Positions 41,701-55,367 of a stretch of 64,000 nt of DNA are shown here, in pieces. Both the position numbers and the translations under genes were made by a program. The notes below the pieces were generated by a model, which searched no databases, was not told the DNA's origin, and saw nothing but the letters and a program-made list of their open reading frames with translations. The DNA comes from Yuukianura sp. NJ FZ-2021. Taxonomy: Eukaryota. The stretch's first letter is position 1. The number at the start of each line of letters is the position of its first letter. Location of the stretch: assembly GCA_046563655.1 (NCBI GenBank), contig JAJCTO010000009.1, positions 62,001-126,000 of the forward strand, in the 5' to 3' direction.

Positions 41701-44700
41701 GACGCTGACAACATGTTTTTCAACGTGTGATTTAATCAGTTATGCAGTACGACGAAGTGGAGCGTTATTTGATGAATACCAAGAATTTTGGTATGAGCGG
41801 TAACAAGGCATAAATTTCATTTTTCAGAACGTTTGACACCTTGTTGTATAGTTTCAACCCTAAGTTAAACCTAAATCGTAGTTAGACTTATGCACATGTG
41901 GTATGGTGGAGCTGTGCTAAAATACAATTCCGGACTATTGTTGGGCAGAAGTTTTCAGACATGATCTATTTAATGTGCAAGTCGGTAGAAAATATTAAAA
42001 AGTATTTTCCAAAAATTTTATCCAAAAATGGCCAAAAATGCTGAATGTTCAATTTTGATTTAGAAAATGTAATAGTCGGTTTTTCCCTGAAGTTCGATTG
42101 AAGTGTGAGTTGTCATGATTCATGGTGTCAAAATGAGAACTCATCGTTTGCATCTAAAGTGAAGGCATGCTTGACACTTTACCGGCACTTCTAGTTTAAG
42201 CTCAAGGATGGACGCTGACAACATGTTTTTCAACGTGTGATTTAGTCAGTTATGCACTACGACGAAGTGGACCGTTATTTGATGAATACCAAGAATTTTT
42301 GTATAAGCGGTAAAAAGGCATAAGTTCCATTTTTCACAACGTTTAACACCTTGTTGTATAGTTTCAACCCTAAGTTTAACCTAAATCGTAGTTAGACTTT
42401 TGCACTTGTGGTATGGTGGAGCTGGGCTAAAATACAATTTCGGACTATTGTTGGGCAGAAGTTTTCAGACATGATCTATTTAATGTGCAAGTTGGTAGGC
42501 AATATAAAAATGTATTTTCCAAAAATTGTATCCAGAAATGGCCAAAAATGCTGAATGTTCATTTTTGATTTAGAAAATGTAAGGGTCGGTTTTTCCCAGA
42601 AGTTCCATCGACGTGTGAGTTATCATGATTTATGATGTCAAAGTGAAAACTCATGGGTTGCATCTGAAATGAAGGCATGCTTGACACTTCACCGGCACTT
42701 CTAGTTTGAGCTCAAGGATGGACGCTGACAACATGTTTTTCAACGTGTGATTTAGTCAGTTATGCAGTACGACGAAGTGGACCGTTATTTGATGAATACC
42801 AAGAATTTTGGTATGAGCGGTAACAAGGCATAAATTTCATTTTTCAGAACGTTTAACACCTTGTTGTATAGTTTCAACCCTAAGTTAAACCTAAATCGTA
42901 GTTAGACTTATGCACATGTGGTATGGTGGAGCTGTGCTAAAATACAATTTCGGACTATTGTTGGGCAGAAGTTTTCAGACATGCTCTATTTAATGTGCAA
43001 GTCGGTAGAAAATATTAAAAAGTATTTTCCAAAAATTTTATCCAAAAATGGCCAAAAATGCTGAATGCTCAATTTTGATTTAGAAAATGTAATAGTCGGT
43101 TTTTCCCTGAAGTTCGATTGAAGTGTGAGTTGTCATGATTCATGGTGTCAAAATGAGAACTCATCGTTTACATCTAAAGTGAAGGCATGCTTGACACTTT
43201 ACCGGCACTTCTAGTTTAAGCTCAAGGATGGACGCTGACAACATGTTTTTCAACGTGTGATTTAGTCAGTTATGCAGTACGACGAAGTGGACCGTTATTT
43301 GACGAATACCAAGAATTTTGGTATGAGCGGTAACAAGGCATAAATTTCATTTTTCAGAACGTTTGACACCTTGTTGTATAGTTTCAACCCTAAGTTAAAC
43401 CTAAATCGTAGTTAGACTTATGCACATGTGGTATGGTGGAGCTGTGCTAAAATACAATTCCGGACTATTGTTGGGCAGAAGTTTTCAGACATGATCTATT
43501 TAATGTGCAAGTCGGTAGAAAATATTAAAAAGTATTTTCCAAAAATTTTATCCAAAAATGGCCAAAAATGCTGAATGTTCAATTTTGATTTAGAAAATGT
43601 AATAGTCGGTTTTTCCCTGAAGTTCGATTGAAGTGTGAGTTGTCATGATTCATGGTGTCAAAATGAGAACTCATCGTTTGCATCTAAAGTGAAGGCATGC
43701 TTGACACTTTACCGGCACTTCTAGTTTAAGCTCAAGGATGGACGCTGACAACATGTTTTTCAACGTGTGATTTAGTCAGTTATGCACTACGACGAAGTGG
43801 ACCGTTATTTGATGAATACCAAGAATTTTTGTATAAGCGGTAAAAAGGCATAAGTTCCATTTTTCACAACGTTTAACACCTTGTTGTATAGTTTCAACCC
43901 TAAGTTTAACCTAAATCGTAGTTAGACTTTTGCACTTGTGGTATGGTGGAGCTGGGCTAAAATACAATTTCGGACTATTGTTGGGCAGAAGTTTTCAGAC
44001 ATGATCTATTTAATGTGCAAGTTGGTAGGCAATATAAAAAAGTATTTTCCAAAAATTGTATCCAGAAATGGCCAAAAATGCTGAATGTTCATTTTTGATT
44101 TAGAAAATGTAAGGGTCGGTTTTTCCCAGAAGTTCCATCGACGTGTGAGTTATCATGATTTATGATGTCAAAGTGAAAACTCATGGGTTGCATCTGAAAT
44201 GAAGGCATGCTTGACACTTCACCGGCACTTCTAGTTTGAGCTCAAGGATGGACGCTGACAACATGTTTTTCAACGTGTGATTTAGTCAGTTATGCAGTAC
44301 GACGAAGTGGACCGTTATTTGATGAATACCAAGAATTTTGGTATGAGCGGTAACAAGGCATAAATTTCATTTTTCAGAACGTTTAACACCTTGTTGTATA
44401 GTTTCAACCCTAAGTTAAACCTAAATCGTAGTTAGACTTATGCACATGTGGTATGGTGGAGCTGTGCTAAAATACAATTTCGGACTATTGTTGGGCAGAA
44501 GTTTTCAGACATGCTCTATTTAATGTGCAAGTCGGTAGAAAATATTAAAAAGTATTTTCCAAAAATTTTATCCAAAAATGGCCAAAAATGCTGAATGCTC
44601 AATTTTGATTTAGAAAATGTAATAGTCGGTTTTTCCCTGAAGTTCGATTGAAGTGTGAGTTGTCATGATTCATGGTGTCAAAATGAGAACTCATCGTTTA

Positions 44701-45362
44701 CATCTAAAGTGAAGGCATGCTTGACACTTTACCGGCACTTCTAGTTTAAGCTCAAGGATGGACGCTGACAACATGTTTTTCAACGTGTGATTTAGTCAGT
44801 TATGCAGTACGACGAAGTGGACCGTTATTTGACGAATACCAAGAATTTTTGTATAAGCGGTAAAAAGGCATAAGTTCCATTTTTCACAACGTTTAACACC
44901 TTGTTGTATAGTTTCAACCCTAAGTTTAACCTAAATCGTAGTTAGACTTTTGCACTTGTGGTATGGTGGAGCTGGGCTAAAATACAATTTCGGACTATTG
45001 TTGGGCAGAAGTTTTCAGACATGATTTATTTAATGTGCAAGTTGGTAGGCAATATAAAAAAGTATTTTCCAAAAATTGTATCCAGAAATGGCCAAAAATG
45101 CTGAATGCTCAATTTTGATTTAGAAAATGTAATAGTCGGTTTTTCCCTGAAGTTCGATTGAAGTGTGAGTTGTCATGATTCATGGTGTCAAAATGAGAAC
45201 TCATCGTTTGCATCTAAAGTGAAGGCATGCTTGACACTTTACCGGCACTTCTAGTTTAAGCTCAAGGATGGAGGCTGACAACATGTTTTTCAACGTGTGA
45301 TTTAGTCAGTTATGCACTACGACGAAGTGGACCGTTATTTGACGAATACCAAGAATTGTTGT
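5792..45362 (+). repeat. 510-bp satellite array, main block (~77.5 units)
   Basis: The unit start agtattttccaaaaatt recurs at 5791, 6301, 6811, 7321 and onward. Two monomer types (gttcgattgaagtgtgagttgtc vs gttccatcgacgtgtgagttatc) occur with few indels. Confidence 0.99.
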
Positions 45363-45795
45363 TGTGAGTAACCCCGCCGGGCGGGATTCCTCACTTCGTC
45401 TCCAAGCAGAGGTGTGTTACGGCACTCGGGATGAGGCTAGGATCTCAGTCATATCCCGATGGTCAGTCAGTGAGTGATGAGCGCTTGGTCGAGGAGGAAC
45501 TATCATCCAGATGGTTCCTCTTCCGACCGAGAGTCACGGCGGAGTCCAGTCACTGGAGTAGGGAGATTCTAGAGACAATAAAGGAACGTAGCCACCCTTT
45601 GCCTTCGTCTACGACTTTCCTTGAGACAGCATTCAGCCATATTCCTCAGCCACGATTCTTAGAGCTGGCACCCAGGACCTGCGCCACCTCGGTGGTGTTC
45701 GGACCTGGGCACAGAGGTCGATGAACCAGTGGACCGCCGACCAAGCGGCGACGTGTGTGACCCATGTCCAGGTTCACCCTGGCTGGGAGGTCACA
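45363..45795 (+). repeat. 5' LTR (TGTGA...TCACA, 433 bp)
   Basis: Matches 54935-55367; I see two substitutions (tatcAtcc/tatcTtcc, gcacAgag/gcacGgag). Confidence 0.97.
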
Positions 45796-45799
45796 TAAA

Positions 45800-45816
45800 T
45801 GGCCCTTCGACCGGAT
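45800..45816 (+). promoter_or_regulatory. Primer-binding site (TGGCCCTTCGACCGGAT, tRNA-Tyr-like)
   Basis: Starts 4 nt after the 5' LTR and closely resembles TGGTCCTTCGAGCCGGA, the complement of the tRNA-Tyr 3' end. Confidence 0.7.
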
Positions 45817-46032
45817 CGACTTTCTTGCCCAGTTAAGGTAATAGAACAACAGGTAATGTAGGGTACGTTTTTTTTTCTTTTTAGTTATAATAGTAATTAT
45901 CATTGCGAAACCTACAAAACCAAAACCACAAGCAGCCAAACCCTTAAGGCGACATACATCGGCAATACATTCAGCGTTTATATATTATTTCACGTTAGGG
46001 TACTAGCAAATACAATCCCAACACACTTAAAG

Positions 46033-46349
46033 TTGGTTAAGAAATTTGGTTCCATGCCGTCAACGTTATAACAACTTATGCGCACCTTGATAACATCCGC
46101 GCAAGGCTTTTCAACCTACATGCTAAGGCGAGATCGCAACTTCATGCAGATTTCACATAACAGAACCTGTTCAGCCATAGTGTGTTCAGAAATTGGTCAA
46201 GAACTTTGGTTCCGTGCCGTCAACGTTATAACACCTTATGCGCACTTTGATAACATCCGCGCAAAGTTTTACAACCGACATGCTAAGGCCAGAACGCAAA
46301 TCCATTTAGATTTCACACATATAACCTGTCAGCCATAATTTATTCAGAT
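46033..46349 (+). repeat. Diverged 160-bp tandem duplication in the leader of the LTR element
   Basis: ttggtt/caagaa.tttggttcc.tgccgtcaacgttataaca.cttatgcgcac.ttgataacatccgcgcaa occurs at 46033 and 46193. Confidence 0.85.
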
Positions 46350-49300
46350 ATAGATTTCTTTTATTTAAGGTTATTTTACTAAACTCAAATAATATAGCGA
46401 GACAACAAATTTGGTTACAATTAAATGACTACAGGGTGATACTCTTGTCCATAATCGTTATTTTTCCTTCCATCTCCGAATTTTAATTCTATTTTTTATA
46501 CCGGAAACGGTTAGCTAACTAGTGTAGCTAACCGACTAGACTAGCAGATGCAGCTATTGACCTAACATAAATTGCTTTCAACGGCGGGGATGGTTGCAAT
46601 GGGACCTACACTTGTTTCACTTAACCATACCAGCATGACTAACATAACCAAGTTCTTCCGTTAGCTGTATGAGGGTTAATTAGCATCGAAATCCACTGTG
46701 TGACTACGGGATTCATAATAACTCCCCTATTAGGTTTAGTTACACCACAATTAATTACAATGCAACAGTGATTCGCCTGTCTACCAATGTTTTCCTGCAT
46801 TCTATGCACGTACGATTTGCTGTTGCGTTTTGCAGCAAACTGAAAATCACGCAGGAGCTAGGGTGAAAGCGTAAAAATTTCAGGAGATCACTTTTGTGGC
46901 CTTGGTGGCTCTAGGTTTACGGAAAACTGCGACGAGGAAACATTCAGATTCTCATTTTCATTTCTTTTTTTTTGTAGTAGTTTTTGTTTCTTTTTATTAA
47001 AGACCCATTCAGTTGTCCACTCCAGGAAGCATAATTTTACTTGCTTTTGAATCTGTTACATTACAATGTCCATACTCCGGCAGAAGCATGACGATGGGAT
47101 TAGTAGACACACCTTAACACGAAAACCAGTTTCAGGCACAACAAAAGCATATTCACTTGGGCGTAAATCTCATCCCCAACCTACTCAAGGAAGCACATGA
47201 TCACATTCTCGTCGCAACAAGGGGAAAAATACGTAATCTTTATTCTTCACACAGTCCAATCTTTTTTGCTTGCTTTTTTGCTGCGTAATTATTAGCATGG
47301 GTTTTTACAACTTCGCAAATTCTACGCAATTAATTTACACCATACGAAGGATTTCGGACAAGACAGATGCTGTAGCAAGGACAAAAAATAAGCAGAAAAC
47401 AAAAATAACACACATGTAGCACACAGCATTTTGCAAAAAACTGGTTTTCCTGGTCATTAATTTCTTCCAATGTTGAAACGTATTCTTTCAGACAAGAACT
47501 TTTTTTTACTAATACTCAACGCGCATTGACTTTGGGCGTCAAAGGATCTTTGAAAATTTGATACAATTCATATTACAAATTCATTCAGCCTTCAAATAAC
47601 TTTCAACCGCACCCTGTTATTTGCTTTCAATTATCGCAGAGGTTCATAACAATGGTGTTGGAAATTTTCCTTTAATCAGCTTTCAAACTCTGAAATCACT
47701 AAACGCTTTGGAGTGGGCGCAAAATACTGCACATCAAGTACAAGGTTTATACATTTATTTTTCCTTACAAGGTTGCGCACTACCTCATGTTTTCTTTCAA
47801 TTTTGAAAGAAAGTTCACTTTCAGTTCACACCTTCACAAATCCGTTGTCATATATGAAATGTATAAATGAATGATAAATGAAGAAATTCCGACTTTTTCA
47901 ATTTTTTTTTGCTTATAAATGCTTCCAGTCAGAAACAATATGAGTTGCAGCTTTAAACTTTAAATTTCAAGTGTCCGATCCTGAGGAACGTCCATACTCG
48001 AATGAATTTCTGAATTATTTCCGGTTCGACGTCTGTGATGAACCAGTTTCAATCTGTAACGTTTCTGCAATGCCAAATTCAGATGCTGGACTTACAATTA
48101 CACTGAGAAACGTTACTGTTAGCAACAGGTTACAATTTTGGGAGCTACGGTTTTTAACGTGTGAATCGAAACGGGAAACAGTTTCGAGAATCAAAACTCT
48201 TTTTATGGGTCCCAAGTTATTTTGGCATTGGCATAATGGTACTAAATTTTTTGTTATTTTCATTATTTTTTTTTTGGTGAACAACGGAGGTATTACTCAT
48301 CCTGTTAGAGAAGACATAAGGTTGTCAAGGAAGCTTGAATCCGGAATTTACTATTTGGGAAATTAAACTGTCCGTCAGTCTCGGCGGTTGTCGGTGGATA
48401 ATCGCGGAAGATCAATGCTCAAGGGTTGTGTATTGGTCTTACGCGTGGTGATGCTGTTAATGCGATTATTGGAAACGGACTTGTTGCAAAAGAAGTTTTG
48501 CAAAATGCTAACTACATTGAGCTCTGAACTGGAAAACTATTTCCACCCACGTGGTGCCAAGTTGGCCCCACTCTCTTTACTACCAACATAAAACGTTGCG
48601 GACTCGTGCCAACTCGTGCCACTGTCCCAAATTACATACATCAACGGTTCTACAGTATCGCACGGCGCAAATTTCTAGTATAGAATTTTCCTCGGCTCTG
48701 CCTATGGATTATGACTTTGAGACGGAATTTTGATCTTACGTTAAAGCCTAAATCGTCGCTAACCGCATCATACAACGCAGAATCCATAATGCTGAAGAAC
48801 ATAACCTGACTTCTGCTTTTCTGGTTTTAGCCTTAACTCTTTTTTTTTTCTAGCACCAATCCCCTCACATTTTTTCATTTGTGCAGCGTCTTGCTTTTGC
48901 AGTAATGTTTAGCGCGTACTCGCATTGGAAAGTGGTCAGGCTAACTATACAAACCATCCGTCTACTTCACCCTAAGTGAAGCGGTCGCGTGCTAAATACA
49001 CACTATCTTGATTACAAGTGTAATCACGCAAGTGGCAGCCAGCAAAGAATTTTATTTTTAGAAGGGAACTAAGCCTGATTAGTTTGAAACCAAAAAATAT
49101 CCCGTCACCAAGAGAAAAAATGGCGCTTAAGCCAGTTTCACACCGAACGCAAAAACATGTAAATGATTGCTTCAATTCAAATTAGCGGTTGGTGTGTGAA
49201 ATCGACTTCACACAGCGAAAAAAACCGTTTTCGTCCCTTTGAAAATGTTTGCAAAAATTTTGTTGAAATCAAGCCTTATTTCCCGTCTAGTCTAGAGAAA

Positions 49301-49789
49301 AACTTAGAAAATCGCCTTGACAACTCTCTGGCAGCCAGCTTCTTTCCTAGTTGTGACGGAACGAAAGATTGGGCAAGTAGTTGCGAGACAGTAAGATATG
49401 CGATGGGTCTTTGTGGCTCAGTGGTCAGAGCAAGTTCCCGGAGTGGAGATTGGCGTGGGACCGATTCCACCCCATTCAACCCCAGACTCAAACTTTTGGC
49501 ATAGCGTTGGGATATGATGTCTCAATGTTGGCCCGAGGTATACTTGCGTCATACAATTGAGCTTTCGGAACTCCTAGGAGGACAAGTAACCGCACAATTG
49601 ACCAGAGTATAAATTCAAGTAAATCTAATGCACGTCCACGCAGTCTTTTCTTTCTCTCTCCACGAACATGAACAGATAACACCTCAGCTCGTCAGTTTTG
49701 GTCCTCACAACCCGACGGCCCAGTAACTACCCTCAGACTCAACGCCTGCAGTACCGTAGAACAGTAAGTTTACTTATGTTTGAGCAATA

Positions 49790-51048
49790 ATGCCAAAGAT
49801 AACAACACGGTCCTCCGCCCAATCGCCTCCTCCTAATCCTGAAACCGAGCAATTACAAACTCCCGGATTTTCACAACACCAGGGGAAACTGAACTTACAG
49901 CCTCGAGTAGTCCTGCCGTCTTCCATTCCTCCTGCCCCACCTCTCCCGAAACCCAAGTCACAGGCGTCGCTTAATCCCACAAATCCACCACCATATATCC
50001 CTTCACCGCTACCTCTCCCTCAAGTGATCCCTCCGTCTGCCATCAGCGGTAGTAAATTACCCTCGCACATCCCCACTTCCTCACAATTACCTACGACACC
50101 GTTGAAATTTTCAGCCAGTCTTCCCATCAATATGTCCCAAGCAACACCGACGGGCGGTTCTAAGTCCGAATCGAAAACAACATACTATAAAATTAAAGTA
50201 CCAACGTTCAGCGGCAAACCCGGAGAAGATGTTGTGCGTTATCTGACGAAGTTTCAATTGGCGATGACCGGGAACTCCATCCCGAAGTCGGAGTGGCCGA
50301 TTTTGCTGAGTAATCATTTGACCGGTACGGCTGAAGCTTGGCTTTTCTCTTTTTGGAATCAACCCGATGTTCCACATCGCCTCCGGCCTCGGCCCTTTTG
50401 GTTGACTACAATATGGTGGAACAAGCTCTGATAAAAGCGTTTGGAAGCACCAGTACGATGTCAGCTGAACAAAAAGTTATCAATCGACGACAACACTTGA
50501 ATGAATCCGCTACGGAATACACTTACGATCTGACCAACCTTCTCCGTCTGATGGATCCGGATATGCCCGAATCGCGTCAAGTACGTTGGTTAATACGTAA
50601 CCTACGACCATCCAACTTAACTGCATTGGGCATCCACAAACCTAAAACCATTGACGAATTCTTAAAAGCGTTAAAATCCATAGAAGAAACGAACGAATTA
50701 CTTCTACACCAAAAAGATGTGCATGTTATGACCCAAGCTCCAGCGGTGCTGGCGGCACAGACAGAGCAATTAGACAAATTCGGACGAATCATCGAGCAAA
50801 TGCAAACATTCATATTACAACAGCAAAATTGTGGAGAGAGTACAGCTTCTGGGCGCCACCTAACTGAAACCGGTGTATGGTGCTCAATGCATCAATCCGC
50901 GACAAACGGCGACGCAGAATGCCGTGCTCAGCCAAAAAACGGTCAGTGGATGGAGACAGCGGCCAACGCCCATCCGTTCTTGACATCAGTGACGAGCCGC
51001 CAATCCGATCCAGTCATAGAATCCTTGAACACCAGTTACTCCCCTTAA
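49790..51048 (+). pseudogene. gag: Ty3/Gypsy-like gag, frameshifted
   Basis: Pro-rich N-terminus, then KVPTFSGKPGEDVVRYLTKF...HLTGTAEAWL. A second frame gives RRQHLNESATEYTYDL...MPESRQVRWLIRNLRP and a degenerate knuckle WCSMHQSATNGDAEC. Confidence 0.8.
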
Positions 51049-51129
51049 CCACCACAATGACAACCAACTCGCCTCGTATTATGTCACCATTCCCACATTT
51101 ACACATCTCTTATCCGGCATCGCTTTTTG

Positions 51130-52600
51130 TTTTAAAAATGGGTACAAATGGTCTTTTGAAGGTATGTGGTTATGTCGTAGAATGCCCACCCGAAATTAGG
51201 TTACATAAGGGAGCGGGAATAAGCTTAGTCAATTCAGCTTTAGTTAAGTCTAACTATATTCAGTCGCCAGATCATACAATAATGTTGCAAGATTTTGCTC
51301 TACAAGTACTTTTGGGAACCGATTTTCTTCGGAATCAACGTGGCATAATCGATTTCGACCGTTTAGCTATTAGTTGGGAAGGCACAACACACGATGGTAG
51401 AATTTTAATCTGTTGTGCTGTATATACATTTACGAAGATTACACAGCCCAGGCTGTCCCTCTTACTCCCATGCTCCGGTTCTCCCTCGGCGCCAAATCGA
51501 AATAGTGTTGGTTGGTGTTCCCAAAGTTTTGTTTGGACGGAAATAGGACTTGGTCGACCTGTAATGCCCAACCTACACGTTTTCGAAACGAACACGAGCA
51601 TGATGACATACACTGACGATAACATGGAGCATTTCAATGAGTTAATCGAGTGTCCCGCTGAAACTCCGAATTTGATTCATACAAGGGTCCCTGAGTCAGA
51701 TTTGTCAGAGTATAGCGAAGAGTTAAACCCCGGGAAGATTGCAATGAGATATGCAATGAAACCTTCTTCGATATCAGTGGCCATGGTACGAAGGAGCACT
51801 GGCGCGAAGGTCCTCACCTCCCCAGTGAAATACAGTGTCCACACGGTCTATACACGTTGATAAATCATCCTCAAAAAAGCGGAGTTAATCGACCCAAGTA
51901 CGGCAGAGCAAGAAGCAGATAAAAATTTACCAACTTTAGTATTTTTAACCTAACAGGAGAACGTAATGAACTATCACACCAATCGGACATTACTGAGAAT
52001 AAATCCCGAGTCGGAACCAGACCAAAGGCACAGTTACAGGAACTTTTGGTTGAGTTCAACGATATTTTTGCTTACAAGAGAGACATTGGCGAAATTATAC
52101 TATATCCTTCTAACCAGCGTAACCTGTGTACTAATTACAATATGCCCACTTAATTATTCAGTATAATGCCCATACCTTCAAAGCCAACTGGCCCGTCGAA
52201 CAACGGAAATGCGGTCATTCGATAATAACAAAGTCAAAAATTACTAAAACATAGTTGAATGGTACCATGTAATGCTACTACTTTTCAGACAAAGATTTCG
52301 TCCCAAATCAATTTTGTGTAGGTTATTTTGTACTGGATTCGCTTATTACACTTATTTTGCGGTGATTAACAATCGGGACTTCCGAAACTAAATACGAAGC
52401 GTTCCAAGCATTATGGTTGCAAATTCAGACTGCGATTGCAGAACAACAACGCAAAACCAATTCTATACCGTAAGAGACCAAGTACTGATGAACAAATTTT
52501 AATCAATTTGTTTGGCGCACAAATTTACTGATATTATTCCGCTTAGTTCTGTCAAGCCTATAACGTACAACATTTACAAATCTAATAACACTAAAGCGCA
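51130..52600 (+). pseudogene. Decayed Gypsy-like pol remnant (protease and pre-RT linker; RT/RNase H/integrase cores not seen)
   Basis: LHKGAGISLV lacks the catalytic Asp of the D[ST]GA motif. VLLGTDFLRNQRGIIDF matches the protease ILGxDFL motif, and QLQELLVEFNDIFA at 52031-52072 resembles the pre-RT linker. I found no YxDD or DDE motifs. Confidence 0.6.
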
Positions 52601-54934
52601 AGTAACCAGTTGGCGGGTTTTTTCATTCATCGGTTATCAAATCCGGTTAATCTCTGGAAATATATCGAAACTCGAAGCTATTTACTGTCTACCTATGCTC
52701 CTATTGTTGTGGAAGGTTGGGAGGAGTGTTTTCTTTCTCCCTATTTCTGTCTTCGATGCACCATCCAATCTACATTTCCATTCGTAGGGGTCTGATACAC
52801 ATTTTGACGCAATCAAAGCATAATGACCGAATTCTCACTTTCTTGCAAACCGAGAAATGTGGGTTTCAGAAAGAGGCACGCTGCTCACGATTGGCGCCAT
52901 TACACGCTCCGCTACCCAGTACTGAGCGCAACCTGTTCAGTTTGACCTTCACACAGAAATATGGCCAGAAAAATGGTCGCACGCCATTCCATTGTTTCCA
53001 GAGTTACCCACGCTTCCTCCTAAACTTACCTCGTGTCTACCCGGACTCCACTTCTCATAACTCTGAGCAACAGACTCTAGTAGTTGTTAGGAAGCACGCG
53101 AACAAGTAGGATCACTAAAACACCAGATCGCCTTACCTATTCCAAGTTTTGAGTTGGCCACAAGCATTTTGGTTTTAGTTTTAACTTGTATTTCACTCTC
53201 TAGCAAGATGGGTAAACAAAAAAACAAATCTACACCAGGTTATCCAGTAAGTCGATGTTTTTAATTTTCTCAAATAATTTGCAAAACTTGCGTCGCCGTG
53301 CCTTTCTATGGCAATGATTTGTATGTAATTTAATAGGAATTTGCGGAAAATTGGCGGAAAAAATTGTTTGGAGGAAGATTTTTGCAAACCCCGAACTACT
53401 GGATAACCTCTTGTAGCCTATTTGTAGATTGGTTGCTATAGTAACCTTGCTCTCTAGTGTGAATGTTCATAATTTAAGTCAAAATAATGAACTTAGTTTT
53501 AGTATTAGTCTTAGTTTTAGTTTTAGTCTAACTCTTTTCCATTTACAATTGTATCATCGCAAGGCAGCGTCAACAACATGCGACTTCTACTCGTCGAGAT
53601 AATCCTTCTTCTCCACATCTCCACGATCAATTGTGCGCTTCCTTCCACAGATGATGAAGCCTTAGATCGTGTTTACTTTTCATCTTTAGCTCAGAAGCAA
53701 CCTATATTCTAACTCTGTGACCCCTACGTTGGATCGTTTACTTTTCGACTTCCAGCAACGACGACATGCTTATTGCCTGAACTTGTTACTCTCACTCGAA
53801 TTTTTTCGACGATTTGGATCTATTACCAATAGTCCTTCTGTGAGCGCTTGGCTTTGTTTCACGTTGTAGTCAGTTTACCATCCCACTGTCATTCTCATTG
53901 TCACCTGCGCTGTTCGTCCATCGGAATAATTATTTGGCGTGTCTACAATGGAAGAGACCGAGCAGCTTGATTAGTCAACGGTCCATACAATTGACACTAC
54001 TGTGAAATGCAGCACGCCGCTCTGTTCACATCTTCGCAGACCCGACACATAACGATGGCATACCACCAACTTTCTGAACCTAAACTTTCAAATTCGTCTC
54101 ACATACAAAGGCCCTGGACCAGTTTCCCAAACCACAATCCTTCCATATACCCCTCGTCATATCAAGAGGAAGGAACCTTCCTCCAGAATTTAACTGCGCA
54201 AAGTAGCAACGGGTATATCAAGAACTAGAACTCACTACGGTTGCTCAGTCGTGATTTTCGGATCCATCCAACGACCAATTTCTTCATTCAATTTCTTTTA
54301 AGAACACAACGGCCTGCTCTATCCTTGTTCTAACCATCTACAATCAACCGCTCAACAAATATACAAAAAACAAAATCCACAAAACATACTTAAAATGGGT
54401 TTGGACACTTGTGTGATAACCGAGAAATCCATCAAACGTAAAGAAACAGTTTTCGAAAAGTAAACACACACATATAGCTCTAACTTAGTGTAGATTTATT
54501 TCCAATTGAATTATTTCTTTTATGTTTCACAATACTTTGCTTTTCTTCGTTATGTCTTATACAATGTTTTTTCTCTGTTGGGTTTAAGTAATTCATTGTC
54601 AGTACCAACACTTACCTTTCTCTCTTTAATTCGTACATTCTTTCTACAAAATAATATAACATCATTTGACAGTGGCATGCCTGTGCTAACAACTTCTAAA
54701 ACTTTTTCTTTCTATGTTCGTAATCTATTAGTAGCAATGTAGTAACATACATATCCTGTAATCCAGCATTGTATTGACATATATATTATTTGAATGTTGT
54801 ACGAATCTTAGGCTAGTAGCAATTAGTCAAAAAACACATAAAAATATCAAAATGTTAGCATATTGAGCTATGACTTTTGTAAACAGACTCTGTTCAAATT
54901 CCTTGACAGGAATTTCGCCGTGACCCGGGGAATA

Positions 54935-55367
54935 TGTGAGTAACCCCGCCGGGCGGGATTCCTCACTTCGTCTCCAAGCAGAGGTGTGTTACGGCACTCG
55001 GGATGAGGCTAGGATCTCAGTCATATCCCGATGGTCAGTCAGTGAGTGATGAGCGCTTGGTCGAGGAGGAACTATCTTCCAGATGGTTCCTCTTCCGACC
55101 GAGAGTCACGGCGGAGTCCAGTCACTGGAGTAGGGAGATTCTAGAGACAATAAAGGAACGTAGCCACCCTTTGCCTTCGTCTACGACTTTCCTTGAGACA
55201 GCATTCAGCCATATTCCTCAGCCACGATTCTTAGAGCTGGCACCCAGGACCTGCGCCACCTCGGTGGTGTTCGGACCTGGGCACGGAGGTCGATGAACCA
55301 GTGGACCGCCGACCAAGCGGCGACGTGTGTGACCCATGTCCAGGTTCACCCTGGCTGGGAGGTCACA
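54935..55367 (+). repeat. 3' LTR (433 bp)
   Basis: Preceded by a short purine tract ggggaata and nearly identical to the 5' LTR. Confidence 0.97.

Larger units (their letters stand above)
45363..55367 (+). mobile_element. Non-autonomous LTR retrotransposon, 10,005 bp, inserted in the satellite with 5-bp TSD GTTGT
   Basis: 433-bp direct LTRs, TSD at 45358-45362 and 55368-55372, a PBS and a PPT. The satellite resumes in phase. The interior has only decayed gag/protease remnants. Confidence 0.95.

Noticed and set aside
45431..45724. 97-aa ORF duplicated at 55003-55296
   Set aside because: It lies within the LTRs, so the duplication is trivial, and it has no recognisable motif.
48415..48430. 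atgctcaagggttg matching the HINE 3' hairpin
   Set aside because: Only 14 nt match, the stem is incomplete and there is no adjacent subTIR; probably chance.
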